DNA of 64,000 nt from Schizosaccharomyces osmophilus (taxonomy: Eukaryota): positions 3,596,001-3,660,000 of the forward strand of contig NC_079238.1 of the NCBI RefSeq assembly GCF_027921745.1, in the 5' to 3' direction. Below, in pieces: positions 49,412 through 60,352 of the stretch (position 1 is the first letter of the stretch; each line of letters starts with the position of its first letter). The position numbers and the translations under genes are program-made. Under the pieces are notes generated by a model that saw only the letters and a list, made by a program, of their open reading frames with translations, had not been told where the DNA came from and ran no database searches.

Positions 49412-51727
49412 TTAAGATTTAGCATATTCAGTAATTTTTCCAATTATATGACGCCCATGATTGGAAGCAGAAATTTTGGGCAATAGAGGAATTAGTAAGT
49501 GAACAATTTTCTCTCTCTCTTCATCATCCGAATGTATTAGGAAGCTTTGCATCACATAATTTGCATAGCTATCATTTAACAAGTCCTCAATTTTGGGATA
49601 AGACAAAAACTCATCCAATATCCATTTGCGGGTAGACGGGGAAGCAGTACGAATGCAGTCTTCAATAGCATTAGAGCTGAATTTTTGTAAAGACAATTCA
49701 CAGATATGGCCTTGAAATTGTTGTGATATACCTGCATTGTATTGTTCGACGTTCATTTCTAAGATATGTTGAATTACATAATTTCCATAAGGATCCTGAA
49801 CTAGGAATAAGGCATGGCTTATAATCTCTTCGACCAGTTGGTTCTTCATCAAGCCCTTCGTGGCATCTAAGCTACGTTGAAGAACGCAGCATCCATGTCT
49901 ATGGGTTGCTAATTTGAAAACATGGCGTTTTATGGAAAAGAACAACAGCTCCAGTTTCTCAGGTAAAAATTTATCGATGCATTTTTGCAAAACGTGATTG
50001 CCATTTCCATCACAGGCTAGCTCTACCAAAAACGGCGTGAGGATTCGCATCAATATAGAGATTTGTTCATTTGAGGTAAGTTTATCAATAATGTTTTGCA
50101 TAGCTCGAGTTCCATGTAAATCAGAACAAATACCAACCACGTCTTTTCCAATACCTTTTACCATTGCTAGTTTTTGCTCTCGGTAGGCATAAACGAAAAG
50201 CTTTTGGCACATATAGTTACCAAAGGGATCTTTCATGAGCTCCACGATAGAAGAGACAACTTCATTGTAAACCAAAGAAGCATTAGTTTTTGGATTCTCA
50301 TCCAAAAGCTTTTGCAGATAGCGACAGCCGTGTTGGTCTTTGCAAATCAATGGAATTCGACCCAACATTTCGTCAAGGGAAGGAAATTCCATATTTTTTA
50401 GTTTATTCGAGGCATACTTTTTGTTCGTGCTCGATTTGTTATCCTCAGGCTTCTTTTGTTTTCCAGCTTGGCGAATTGGCTGTAGATTCTCATCTATAGG
50501 GGTGAAATCGCTTACGTTTCTAGGAACCGAGGGTTTCTTTATGCTGTTTTGGTATACAAACTTTTGTCCTGTCTCATAATGGCCAAGCTTTCCATCGTAA
50601 CATGAGTCGGAAGCAGTTGTATTTATATTTGGACTTCGCTCATGAAGGGAGGGAACGTTTGGTTGCATGGGGAATTGAGGAAGAAACTGAGCGGTTTTAT
50701 GATTCGGACAAGAGGGTAAAGGACATATGTTCGCTTTCGGTTCTGGATACATGGCAAGAGACTCAGAGGAGGAACAAAAACTGGGGGTGTGGACGGAGTC
50801 GGTCTCAACGGGAGAATCGGGGATGCTACGGGACAAAGACATGGGTGTTAGGGAAGTTTCAGAGCCATCTAGCGAAAAGGAAGGGGAAGTACTCATGTTC
50901 CGAAGCAAATGGTTGATGGGAGCAGAGTGTTGGCCTAACCTGGAATTATTCAGTAGAGTATTATTCAAAGGTTTTCTTTGAGAAAAGTATCGTTGAATAT
51001 TTTGGTTGGAGGGAGTTCGGTGAGATGAAGCTGGGTTGAAAGGGGGCTCGTGGATGGATAGGGCTTGCAAACCGGAGGATAGAGGCCTTGAAGAAGAAGA
51101 AGAAGAAGCAGAAGAAGAGAGAGGATCAAGAAGTGGAGTATTGGATAAGGAGCGTTTTGGAGGGCTAAAGGAATGGGCAGAAGAAGCAGGATCGGGATGA
51201 CGGGAAAGCACAGAAGCAGAGTGTCGTGGATGGGTGGAAGAGGGATCGTGCTTGAAAGAGGAATCTAAAGAAAGATCCAGGGCAGTTTGGTCGTGAGACA
51301 AGGAGTTTGTGCGGAGGGATTGAAACGACCAGCGGTTGGACAAAGAAGAAGAAGGATTTGAAGGATTTGAAGGATTGGAGGGAGAGGTGGTGTTGGAAGA
51401 ATTGTAGACGGGAAGTTTGACTTGGTTGGATCGCCATGGATAATTCGAGGGGTGGGAGATTTTGTCGGCAAAAACAGAAGTAGGAGGGTGGGCGGATTGG
51501 GAAGGAAAGGAGAAAAAGCGAGAAGAAGAGTCATGGGAGGAAGGTTGTTGAGAGAAAGGAGGAGCGGTGGATGGAGAAGGTTGATGAGGAGAAAAGGAAG
51601 GATCCTCCCAAACAGGCAGATGGGTGGAAGAAGAGGGTTGAACGGAGGAACGTGGATTGAAATGAGAAGAGGGATCGGGGAGAGAAGGGGAGGCGTCTAG
51701 AAGATGTCTGTTGGATAGGTAAGCCAT
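49412..51727 (-). CDS. puf5: Pumilio (PUF) RNA-binding protein of the Puf4/Puf5 type with a Ser/Pro low-complexity N-terminus
   Basis: Eight PUF repeats with recognition segments CRYLQ, NYMCQ, TRAMQ, NHVLQ, CCVLQ, NYVIQ, SNAIE and NYVMQ. Confidence 0.85.
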   Translation of the reverse strand: MAYLSNRHLLDASPSLPDPSSHFNPRSSVQPSSSTHLPVWEDPSFSPHQPSPSTAPPFSQQPSSHDSSSRFFSFPSQSAHPPTSVFADKISHPSNYPWRSNQVKLPVYNSSNTTSPSNPSNPSNPSSSLSNRWSFQSLRTNSLSHDQTALDLSLDSSFKHDPSSTHPRHSASVLSRHPDPASSAHSFSPPKRSLSNTPLLDPLSSSASSSSSSRPLSSGLQALSIHEPPFNPASSHRTPSNQNIQRYFSQRKPLNNTLLNNSRLGQHSAPINHLLRNMSTSPSFSLDGSETSLTPMSLSRSIPDSPVETDSVHTPSFCSSSESLAMYPEPKANICPLPSCPNHKTAQFLPQFPMQPNVPSLHERSPNINTTASDSCYDGKLGHYETGQKFVYQNSIKKPSVPRNVSDFTPIDENLQPIRQAGKQKKPEDNKSSTNKKYASNKLKNMEFPSLDEMLGRIPLICKDQHGCRYLQKLLDENPKTNASLVYNEVVSSIVELMKDPFGNYMCQKLFVYAYREQKLAMVKGIGKDVVGICSDLHGTRAMQNIIDKLTSNEQISILMRILTPFLVELACDGNGNHVLQKCIDKFLPEKLELLFFSIKRHVFKLATHRHGCCVLQRSLDATKGLMKNQLVEEIISHALFLVQDPYGNYVIQHILEMNVEQYNAGISQQFQGHICELSLQKFSSNAIEDCIRTASPSTRKWILDEFLSYPKIEDLLNDSYANYVMQSFLIHSDDEEREKIVHLLIPLLPKISASNHGRHIIGKITEYAKS

Positions 51728-54700
51728 GGTGGGTAATAAACGACGCTAGAATTGGAAGAGAAGAGGGGAAATCAAAATAGAATCAAAACCAAAATTACAG
51801 TCAAAATTACAATTACAATCACAATCAAACGTTGGAAGTCTGCAAGCTAGAGGAAAAAAAGAAGCTTTGGAAGCGACAAGGACAAGAGGAGGAGGAGAAG
51901 GAGAAGGAGGAGGAAAGAAAAAGAAAAAGAAAGAGCAAAAGCAAAAGCAAAAAGATAGAAAGAAAAGGATAGACAAAAGAGAGAGAGAGAGAGAGAGGGA
52001 GAGAGAGGAAAAGAAAGGAAGAGAGAGAGAGAGGAAGAGGAAGAGGATAAAAAGAAAAAGACAGCAAGATAGGGAGTAGAAAGAGACCGATTGGTAGAAA
52101 AGGGAAAAGCAAATAAGAGCAAGATAAAAATAAGAGGATCAAGCAAGCAAAGGGAGTCGAGCTACAAATGTTGACTAATCTTCCAGGGATGGAAATAAGG
52201 TCAACGAGTGCGATATAGAAACACAACAACAAAAAAAAAAAAAAAAAAGAGAGAGAGAGAAAGAGAGAGAGAAAAAAAAAGGTATGTGAAAAACGCAGAA
52301 ACAAAAGGGAAATTCGCTCAACAATATAAAAAACAGACGACTCTCGACTTCTCTCCTCATTTGTTAAAGTTCGTTTCTATACGTCGTAAACACTCATAAA
52401 CCTTTTCTTTTGACCAATCGAACCCACCATCATATATCTCATCAAAGGAACCGATCCTTAAATGATGACACATGATAAATCATTGAACCTTCTTTCGAAT
52501 TGTCGGGACACTCCGAATGAGCCTTTATTATGATCCTTAGAGGGTTCGTCGGAGGATTCGTCATTCGTTTCTCTGTTTGCCGATTATAACAAATACAAAC
52601 GAATCTTTATGGCCGTGTTTTGTCGCGAGAGGGTCTCGGAAAAATGAGAAAGCCGGTCAGGTAGAGGATCACGAAGGGACAAGAAGGGACAGGAAGGGAC
52701 ACAGAGAGAGAGAGAGAGAGAGATAGAGGAATAGGTGCAAGCGCACAAAAAAAAATAACTTTTCTAATCCTCTTTTTTTTTTTTTCTTTCTCTCTCTCTC
52801 TCTCTCTCTGTGTCCCTTTGTGCTTCTTTATCGTCGTCTAGATTTGCCTTATTTTTCCCGTACCTTATGACTACTACTACCCTTTCCCCACTTCCCCTCA
52901 CCTGGTTTAGCTGTTTCTCTATCGCTGCTTTATTCTATTCAATAGACTTTGCTAACTCTCGCTAAACCATGGCACTCTTTCAACCCTTCGAAGGCGTAGT
53001 GGTGTGTGTGTCTTGAACCTTCATCAGTAAGTTGCCTTCCACTGCGCTATCTTCTTGGCTCGACCCTCTTATCCCTCCTTATAGTTGTGTCTTATTCCTT
53101 TTCATAGTCTTTACCTTCTCTTCCCATTGCATTTGTTATTTTTCATTTGCAATTGCAATTGCATCCTCTTTTGGCTTTTTCTTTGATTTGAAAATGTCTT
53201 TACTTTTTCATTAACGCTTCCTCTTGACTTTTTGGAAGCTCGTTTTCCTTTTTTCCTTTTTTCCCTTTCTCGTCCTTGTTGCTTGAATCTCAGTTTCATT
53301 TTCATTTTCATTTTCAACTGCCATTGCCATTGTTTCATTCCCTCCCCATGACTCATGATCCACACCATTCTTCTCCTCTTCCTCCTCCTCCTCCTCCTCC
53401 AAAACACAAAACGAAATCCAATCCTACGACAACTAGACCCTCTTCTTCTTCTTCTTCTTCTTTTTCCCGTATGACCTCCTTTCCCATCTTTCCTTTCTTT
53501 CCCATTTCTCACTCTTCTCCTCCTCCTCCTCCTCCTCCTCGACGCCCTTCCCTTTCCTCCACCCATTCCTCCTCTTCTTCTTCTTCCTATTCCTCTGCTC
53601 CTCTCTTTGACCACCAATCCCCCGAGTTTCTTCATTCCATCCCAGGAAGCCTTCATCTTGCCTCCGATGCTTCCATCAAACGTCTCATTGATCGATTCGG
53701 TGCCCTCAGCCTTCTTCGCCAACTCGCCAAAGACGTCGCTGAACGTGACGCTTTTATTTCCAACGTCAAATTCCATTACGAGTCCCGTGAAGCCGTCTTT
53801 CGTGACCTTCTTCGTCAACATGGCTTAGACCCTGTCGTTGCCAATACCAAACTTGCAAAACAACGCTCCGTCCTTCCTCCTTCTTCCTCCTCCTCTTCCC
53901 ATCCATCTACCGCTCCTGCTCCTGCTCCTGCTCCTGCTCCCACCACTTCCGTACCTCTTCTCTCTTCCCATTTGGACGAACCTCCTACTCCCCTTTTCGT
54001 CGATAAACCTTTTCTAAAATCCAAAATTTCCTCCGCCATCAATGAACCTTTCCTTCCCTCTTCTTCTTCCTCCTCCTCTTCTGCCTCCTCTCCTCCCCTT
54101 TCTCCCACCCTTCCCACAACTTCCTCTCCCCCGATTTCCCTTCCAAATATCACTGCCAACAATTCCTCCCATCATATTCCTTTTCACAAATCCTCCCCTT
54201 CGCCTTCTTCTTTTCCATCGCCTAAACCTTCCCACACCCTCGTGGCCTCTCCCACCCTCTCTTCCGCCTGCCCATCGATGGCCCGACTGAATCTCGATGA
54301 TCCTTCCTGCTCTTTTTCCCACAGTGCCATCGAGGTATCTGACTCTTTGTCTCCCCTCGCTGATCCACCGTCCTCCATGCAGCCTTCCTCCGCTGCCAAT
54401 CTCACGTTTCCTGGTTCAGTGGAGCTCGACAATTTAATTCCAAAACAAGACCTCCCTCCCACTTTAAGAAATGATTGGACTCCTCATACCATTGCCAAGT
54501 CCAATCAAACCTTCGACCAATTCGGTTTCGTAAGTAACCTTCCCAACTCGTCCTCCACCTCGTCCTCCGATCCATCTTCCAAAACCTTCAAGCCTCTTAG
54601 ATCCTTGCCTTCGTCTCATGCCGCTTCGTCCCTAGCCTTGAACCTTGACTCCACCTCATCACCCTCCAAAACATCCTACCTGTCCAACGATTCTCAGGAT
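51000..54700. repeat. Low-complexity, strand-skewed microsatellite island: (GA)n, (GAA)n, (GGA)n and poly-A on the left; (TC)n, (CCT)n, (TTC)n, (TTTTCA)n and (CCTGCT)n on the right
   Basis: 51961-52020 has only 2 pyrimidines in 60 nt; 54061-54120 has only 5 purines in 60 nt. Island edges are gradual and approximate. Confidence 0.9.
52694..52818. repeat. Perfect 30-bp inverted repeat with a 65-bp spacer
   Basis: AAGGGACAC(AG)10A at 52694-52723 is the reverse complement of 52789-52818. Confidence 0.9.
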
Positions 54701-55654
54701 GCTGCGCAGATGAAGCGCTGGGACGATTATGTTCAAAAATATTCTATCAAGTATGGCAAGTTTGATGAAAATAGCAACGAGTTGCTGGGAAAATGTAGTC
54801 TTGGGAAAACAAAACGTGGCTCGAAAAAAAGGTTTGAACGTTTTCGTCGCCTTGTCAAACAAGGTGTCCCCGTCCCCTATCGTCCCAAAGTCTGGTTAGA
54901 ATGCTCTGGTGCTCGTCAGTTGCACGTTCCTGGCTACTACGATGAGCTACTTGCAAAATCCGATACTTCCGATCCTTCCAATCGAATCCAGATTGATCAG
55001 GATATAAAGCGGACCCTTGTTGGGAATGTCTTTTTTGGCGGAAACGGCCCGGGTGTCCCCAAACTTCGCCGTGTTTTACTCGCTTATAGCTTACATAATC
55101 CAGAAGTTGGATACTGCCAAGGAATGAATGTTATTGTGGCCTTTTTCTTGCTAATTTATGCATCAGAAGAAGATGTTTTTTACTTAGTCATGAGTCTCAT
55201 TGAAAATTATCTCCCAAAAGATTACTTTACTGCCGATCTTTTAGGCTCAAGAGCCGACCAAATTGTTTTTAAAGAATATGTCAGTCTTCTGCTGCCTCAA
55301 ATAAGCTCTCATCTGAAAAAACTAAAGGTGGATTTGGAAGCTGTTACGTTTCATTGGTTCCTTAGTTTGTATACGGATACGGTGGGTACCAAGCTTGGTT
55401 TTCGTATTCTAGATTTATTTTTTTGTGATGGATATCCTTGTTTGTTTCGTGTAGCGGTAGACATAATCTACACGCTAAAAGATAAAATACTGGCATGCAA
55501 TACCCCGTTTGCCGTCTATTCCCTGTTATGTGATTTGAGGAGTTATCCCTTTGATTTAGACGCGTTTTTGAACAACGCGGCCGAAAAATGGAAGTATCAA
55601 ATTCATGAGAAGGATTTGCAACGAAGGCATACAAGAGCTATGTCTTTACTTTAA
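53348..55654 (+). CDS. TBC-domain Rab GTPase-activating protein with a Ser/Pro low-complexity N-terminus (SPAC4G8.04-like)
   Basis: GVPVPYRPKVW, Arg finger IDQDIKRT, Gln finger GYCQGMN and WFLSLY. First in-frame ATG is at 53348; the true start is uncertain. Confidence 0.88.
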   Translation: MTHDPHHSSPLPPPPPPPKHKTKSNPTTTRPSSSSSSSFSRMTSFPIFPFFPISHSSPPPPPPPRRPSLSSTHSSSSSSSYSSAPLFDHQSPEFLHSIPGSLHLASDASIKRLIDRFGALSLLRQLAKDVAERDAFISNVKFHYESREAVFRDLLRQHGLDPVVANTKLAKQRSVLPPSSSSSSHPSTAPAPAPAPAPTTSVPLLSSHLDEPPTPLFVDKPFLKSKISSAINEPFLPSSSSSSSSASSPPLSPTLPTTSSPPISLPNITANNSSHHIPFHKSSPSPSSFPSPKPSHTLVASPTLSSACPSMARLNLDDPSCSFSHSAIEVSDSLSPLADPPSSMQPSSAANLTFPGSVELDNLIPKQDLPPTLRNDWTPHTIAKSNQTFDQFGFVSNLPNSSSTSSSDPSSKTFKPLRSLPSSHAASSLALNLDSTSSPSKTSYLSNDSQDAAQMKRWDDYVQKYSIKYGKFDENSNELLGKCSLGKTKRGSKKRFERFRRLVKQGVPVPYRPKVWLECSGARQLHVPGYYDELLAKSDTSDPSNRIQIDQDIKRTLVGNVFFGGNGPGVPKLRRVLLAYSLHNPEVGYCQGMNVIVAFFLLIYASEEDVFYLVMSLIENYLPKDYFTADLLGSRADQIVFKEYVSLLLPQISSHLKKLKVDLEAVTFHWFLSLYTDTVGTKLGFRILDLFFCDGYPCLFRVAVDIIYTLKDKILACNTPFAVYSLLCDLRSYPFDLDAFLNNAAEKWKYQIHEKDLQRRHTRAMSLL

Positions 55655-55820
55655 CGGGCGAAAGGCGAAAGAAAGAGTATGATGTTGAATTAAGATGGAC
55701 TCGTGTGTTTCTTGTGGTTTCGTTTTCTTTCTGTTTGTTTCGTGTTTCTTCCCAAAATGCTGGTGGTTGATGGTTCCTTGGGTGTGTATATGTAACTATA
55801 TATATTGTTTGTTTGACTCG

Positions 55821-55850
55821 GTTTGGTTTGATTTGATTTGATTTGATTTG
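55821..55850. repeat. (GATTT/GGTTT)n pentanucleotide repeat downstream of the TBC-GAP gene
   Basis: gtttggtttgatttgatttgatttgatttg. Confidence 0.8.
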
Positions 55851-56767
55851 ACGAAAGGTAAATGCTCCGTCCTATTTGGGTCTGTTTGCTGATAATGATT
55901 CCTCTTGACGTGTTTTTCTATTTTGTTTGTCAATTTATATGTACATAATAAATAAAACGTTTATTTAATTTTGGGAATCCTTATTATTTACGAAAACTCA
56001 TTAAATGGCCCTCTGAATGCTTCAAGCTGATAATGTACGGCACGCTGATAATTGCTACTTAATTTCCCGTGTATCTAAGCTTGAAGCTGTTATGTTTGGC
56101 ATTTATCTAGAATGGGATTTTAAATGATAGCTTCGTCCCGTACGTTGAACCACAATTACTTTCCACCTTTCATATATGCTTTGTTTTGTTAGTTTGGTCT
56201 TTTCCATATGTGTGCAATCCACAATTGGAAAAAGGCAATCAGCATCCAATTTTAAACCTAGGCTCTCAAACCCTTTAGTTTATCCTTTATTAAATGCTGC
56301 GATTTATCATTGTAAATGGCTAATCAAGGAACTGCAATACAAACCTAGAACTTATCTTGATAATTTCATAAAGGAAACTCTCAATGAAATGAATGAAAAT
56401 AACCAGCCAAGCAAATAAGGCACAGAAGACCTTTGAAAAGTAGATTTGCAAAAAAGAAATGAACTATGTACAACGAAAGCTTCCATTGTCTTTTGTTTCT
56501 TTTACTTTTTTGCTCTGTTTACTCATTACAGACGTAATGGTGGAACTTCGCTTCTTAAATAAAGTTATAGAAACGAAAATCATAGCTGGCATTCCTTGAT
56601 AACGAAATATTGCGTAATCGGCTGTTCTCAAGCCACTCCAGGCTTCGTTGTCGGTTGCTCGTTTGTCGGAATACTCTCCTCTGTACCGTTTACCAAGTAC
56701 AAGTGCTCAGGAAAGACTAACAGACTCGTCTCAATTGACAATTGTTTACTGACAATTTCAGTTTTGA

Positions 56768-58654
56768 ATGAGCATTATGGATGTTAGGAGAGATGATGGA
56801 GAAACAAAAGTTGCATCCATGGGACAATTCACACCTGGAAAAGATGAAAATCAAGAACCGTCCAAGTCATCTTCCAGCTCGAAACCCTCCAAAATACGAT
56901 CTTTTATGAGACTGTACTTTAAAGAAAACCGAAAATTTACATTTTCAAAGAAAAAAAATAAGGAATTGCGTCCCTCGAACCCTTCAGAAGCAGCGTTTCA
57001 CTCGGATCAGCAAGCAGCATGTACAGAAGAGGACAAGGAGGATTCAAATAAAGAGGAAAATGGTAGCAGGGATGTTTTCTCCACCCCCACAGAAAGTACA
57101 GAACCAGCTTCAAGTGCAGCTTCATCGGTTTTGAATGGAGAAAACAAAGATGCCAATCCTTCGTTTGAAACCGTTGTGCAGAGTTCTACAGATCCATCAT
57201 CGGCGCATACAACCGATGCACCAAACATGGATTCGGCAGGTCATGTGGGATCTACTGGCGTGGATTCTCTCTTTGTTAAAAAGCGGGACATAAAAAAATC
57301 ATTCTTTAAGGGCGGAAAAAAGAAAAAAGATCCAAATGCGAGGTCTTTATTTAATCCTCGACGTACGAGCCAGTCCAATGGCTCAGAAAATCAACCCCAA
57401 AGTGCCAACGTAGATGGTATTAACCCAGCGGAGGAAGGGCGCAAAGTAGTGTCGGCAAAGAAAAAGTTCGGCTCTAATGCCAGAAAATACTCCTCAAACT
57501 CTGTGAAAATTGGTGATGTTGAAGTCGGGCCATCCAGCTTTGAAAAGGTTTTCTTGCTTGGGAAAGGTGATGTTGGTCGAGTTTATCTGGTTCGTGAGAA
57601 AAAGACTGCTCGTTTCTTTGCTATGAAAGTCTTGAGCAAGCAAGAAATGATTAAAAGGCACAAGATAAAACGGGCGTTTGCTGAACAAGAAATTTTGGCT
57701 ACAAGTAACCACCCTTTCATTGTTACTCTCTATCATTCTTTTCAGTCCGAAGAGTACCTCTATTTATGTATGGAGTATTGTATGGGTGGTGAATTTTTTA
57801 GAGCCCTACAGCGTCGCCCAGGACGCTGCCTAGCCGAGCATGAGGCTAAATTTTACATCGCTGAAGTTACGGCTGCTCTGGAATACCTCCATCTTATGGG
57901 TTTTATCTACCGTGATTTAAAACCTGAAAATATTCTTTTGCATAAATCTGGTCATATCATGCTTTCCGACTTTGATCTTTCTAAACAGTCAGGTTCCATC
58001 GGCTCTCCAACTGTTATTCAAGCTCGTAATAGCAGTCCATCTGCGCAAAGTACTTACGCCTTGGATACCAAATCTTGTATTGCTAATTTCCGTACTAATT
58101 CTTTTGTTGGTACAGAGGAATACATTGCTCCTGAAGTTATCAAAGGTTGTGGCCATACAAGCGCCGTGGATTGGTGGACTTTGGGTATTCTATTTTATGA
58201 AATGCTTTATGCTACTACGCCTTTCAAAGGAAAAAATCGAAATATGACATTTTCAAATATCTTGCATCGTGATGTTGTATTCCCGGAGTATTCTAATGCT
58301 CCTTCCATCTCTAGCTTGTGTAAGTCCCTTATTAGAAAGCTATTATTGAAAGATGAAAACGATCGTTTAGGTTCTCAAGCAGGTGCATCCGACGTGAAGT
58401 TACATCCATTTTTCAAAAATGTTCAGTGGGCTTTACTGCGTCACACTGAACCGCCGATTATACCTCGTCTTGCCCCTACAGATGAATTGGGCAATCCAAA
58501 CATTGCTCATTTAAAAGAAAGCAAGAGTTTGGACATAACTTCCTCAGCTCAAAATTCTCAGACAGTTGAAGTTCCTCTATCTAATCTTAAAGACCAAGAA
58601 GACGATCCTTTTCTTTCGTTTAACTCAGTTACCGTACATCACGATTGGGACTAA
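56768..58654 (+). CDS. ppk14: AGC kinase of the Nrc-2/Fpk1/Kin82 (flippase kinase) type
   Basis: [17 protein letters not shown], the family-specific MLSDFDLS and [15 protein letters not shown]. Confidence 0.88.
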   Translation: MSIMDVRRDDGETKVASMGQFTPGKDENQEPSKSSSSSKPSKIRSFMRLYFKENRKFTFSKKKNKELRPSNPSEAAFHSDQQAACTEEDKEDSNKEENGSRDVFSTPTESTEPASSAASSVLNGENKDANPSFETVVQSSTDPSSAHTTDAPNMDSAGHVGSTGVDSLFVKKRDIKKSFFKGGKKKKDPNARSLFNPRRTSQSNGSENQPQSANVDGINPAEEGRKVVSAKKKFGSNARKYSSNSVKIGDVEVGPSSFEKVFLLGKGDVGRVYLVREKKTARFFAMKVLSKQEMIKRHKIKRAFAEQEILATSNHPFIVTLYHSFQSEEYLYLCMEYCMGGEFFRALQRRPGRCLAEHEAKFYIAEVTAALEYLHLMGFIYRDLKPENILLHKSGHIMLSDFDLSKQSGSIGSPTVIQARNSSPSAQSTYALDTKSCIANFRTNSFVGTEEYIAPEVIKGCGHTSAVDWWTLGILFYEMLYATTPFKGKNRNMTFSNILHRDVVFPEYSNAPSISSLCKSLIRKLLLKDENDRLGSQAGASDVKLHPFFKNVQWALLRHTEPPIIPRLAPTDELGNPNIAHLKESKSLDITSSAQNSQTVEVPLSNLKDQEDDPFLSFNSVTVHHDWD

Positions 58655-58986
58655 AATGATCTTATATGCATTTCTCTCTTTTAAGTTTATTTTCCAGTGT
58701 ATCTGTCTTGTTCCTTCTTGACAATGTCTTTATTCATTTTCCTATATTTAATGAAAAATGTAATGTTTATAATTATTAGCTAGCCCTTCATTTTTGCTTC
58801 ATTCTTTATCTCTTTACCTAGAAATAAAAAAATCTACATTTATCTTTGACTACCATTATTATGGATACTCTAGATCCCAATAAGTACAAATTCCTTGTAA
58901 CATTAGTAGGTTTCATCCCTATTACCTTCTCGGATACACAAAAATTCAATTTTTATAACCAATTACCCAAAAAAATGCCTATGGTA

Positions 58987-60246
58987 CTAAATTATCCGTA
59001 TATCATATACAACATGCCAAACTCGCGGCGAAAACGATTTCACCCGATTAACTTGATAAGTAGTTTGCATTTTCAGTTTGTTTTTAAACTCCTCGTTTAT
59101 TTCCTTACCATATCTTTCAATACGATCCTCCATTACGTTTTCATGTACATGAATAAAAGATCCAGGTTCTCGCTTAACAATTGAGGCGCTCAAGTTCCAC
59201 GCATCTCTACTAGAAGGAAGCATTCCAAGATTGACGTGTTTAGCCGACGTGTCTAAAGAACCTAAACGTGCATGCGCGTATTCATTGCTCTCATGGAATA
59301 CTACAAGTTGATGAGATCCCATTCTAAAGTTGTAATCCTCGTTATGCCGAACGACGCAGACAGACCAATTGTTAACAATAGCAGCTCGTCGTAAAGCTTC
59401 GATGCTCCACGGATTAATTTCCCAACAAACAACACTTTTGGCTTTTCCTTTGACATATGAAAAAGAAAAATATCCAATGCCAGCGTATAAATCGGCAATA
59501 ACCTCATTATGAATATTTTCAAAGTTTAAGACTCTGGCTTTTTCAATCGAGTTTCCACGAGAAAACATTGTATAAAGAGGTGCCCATGTTTGATAGATTC
59601 CATTCTGTCTGCAATGAACCCAAAACGCGTTTTCAAAATCTTCGGTGCTAGGTTCTCCCCACACTGGTTTACCAAAATTACCATAAAGAGGTCGCAAAGC
59701 CAATGGCCTTCTCATAATATCATTTATGGGAATCGGCTCATTTAATGCGATATGCGTTACTTTCCACTCCTCTGCAAAAATCGAAAAAAGCTTATTAACT
59801 ACCTCCGTATTCCTGTATTGCTGAAAGAACGCAAACCATTCCTTCGTAGAGAAGCTACTTGAAGATAAAAGAGCCATTGGGGGATATATAACGAACCTCG
59901 TAGGAACAATGAATTGTTCTGCCGCTACTCGTTTTCCAATTGCTCCAGCTACACAAGCCAAGACGCGTTCTTGTAAGGAATTCCTTTCCATACCCGTTCG
60001 CAACGACGCATTATGAATAATTTGGAGATCACAGCAGTCAATTATTTCTTTCGGTAAATTATTTTCCTCATAAGAAGTGGGTATGAGTACATATTTGTCT
60101 AAAGGAACATCGCCTGTCTGATTTACCAAATAAGCGGCTATTTTTGAGCCTGAGACGATCCCAATTGATTTAAGAAAACAATTATGACTTTGTAAATAGT
60201 CTTTCCATTGTTTTGCTTTTGATTTAGGGACCAAAAGGGAAATCAT
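58987..60246 (-). CDS. trm12: tRNA wybutosine biosynthesis enzyme Tyw2/Trm12
   Basis: QNGIYQTWAPLYTMFSRGNSIEKARV, SAM motif DLYAGIGYF, HVNLGMLPSS and IHVHENV. Confidence 0.9.
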   Translation of the reverse strand: MISLLVPKSKAKQWKDYLQSHNCFLKSIGIVSGSKIAAYLVNQTGDVPLDKYVLIPTSYEENNLPKEIIDCCDLQIIHNASLRTGMERNSLQERVLACVAGAIGKRVAAEQFIVPTRFVIYPPMALLSSSSFSTKEWFAFFQQYRNTEVVNKLFSIFAEEWKVTHIALNEPIPINDIMRRPLALRPLYGNFGKPVWGEPSTEDFENAFWVHCRQNGIYQTWAPLYTMFSRGNSIEKARVLNFENIHNEVIADLYAGIGYFSFSYVKGKAKSVVCWEINPWSIEALRRAAIVNNWSVCVVRHNEDYNFRMGSHQLVVFHESNEYAHARLGSLDTSAKHVNLGMLPSSRDAWNLSASIVKREPGSFIHVHENVMEDRIERYGKEINEEFKNKLKMQTTYQVNRVKSFSPRVWHVVYDIRII

Positions 60247-60352
60247 GAACTGAAAGCTCAGAAGGGAGGTAAAAGGAAGGATCGCGGAGATCAATGATTT
60301 TAATTTGGATTACTAACTCAATAGTTGAGTTTTGTCAAAGTCTATCAAAATG

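Noticed and set aside
51165..54462. Many overlapping short ORFs rich in R/E/K/G or F/L/S in the ORF track
   Set aside because: Artefacts of purine-only or pyrimidine-only tracts, which lack stop codons; no domain content.
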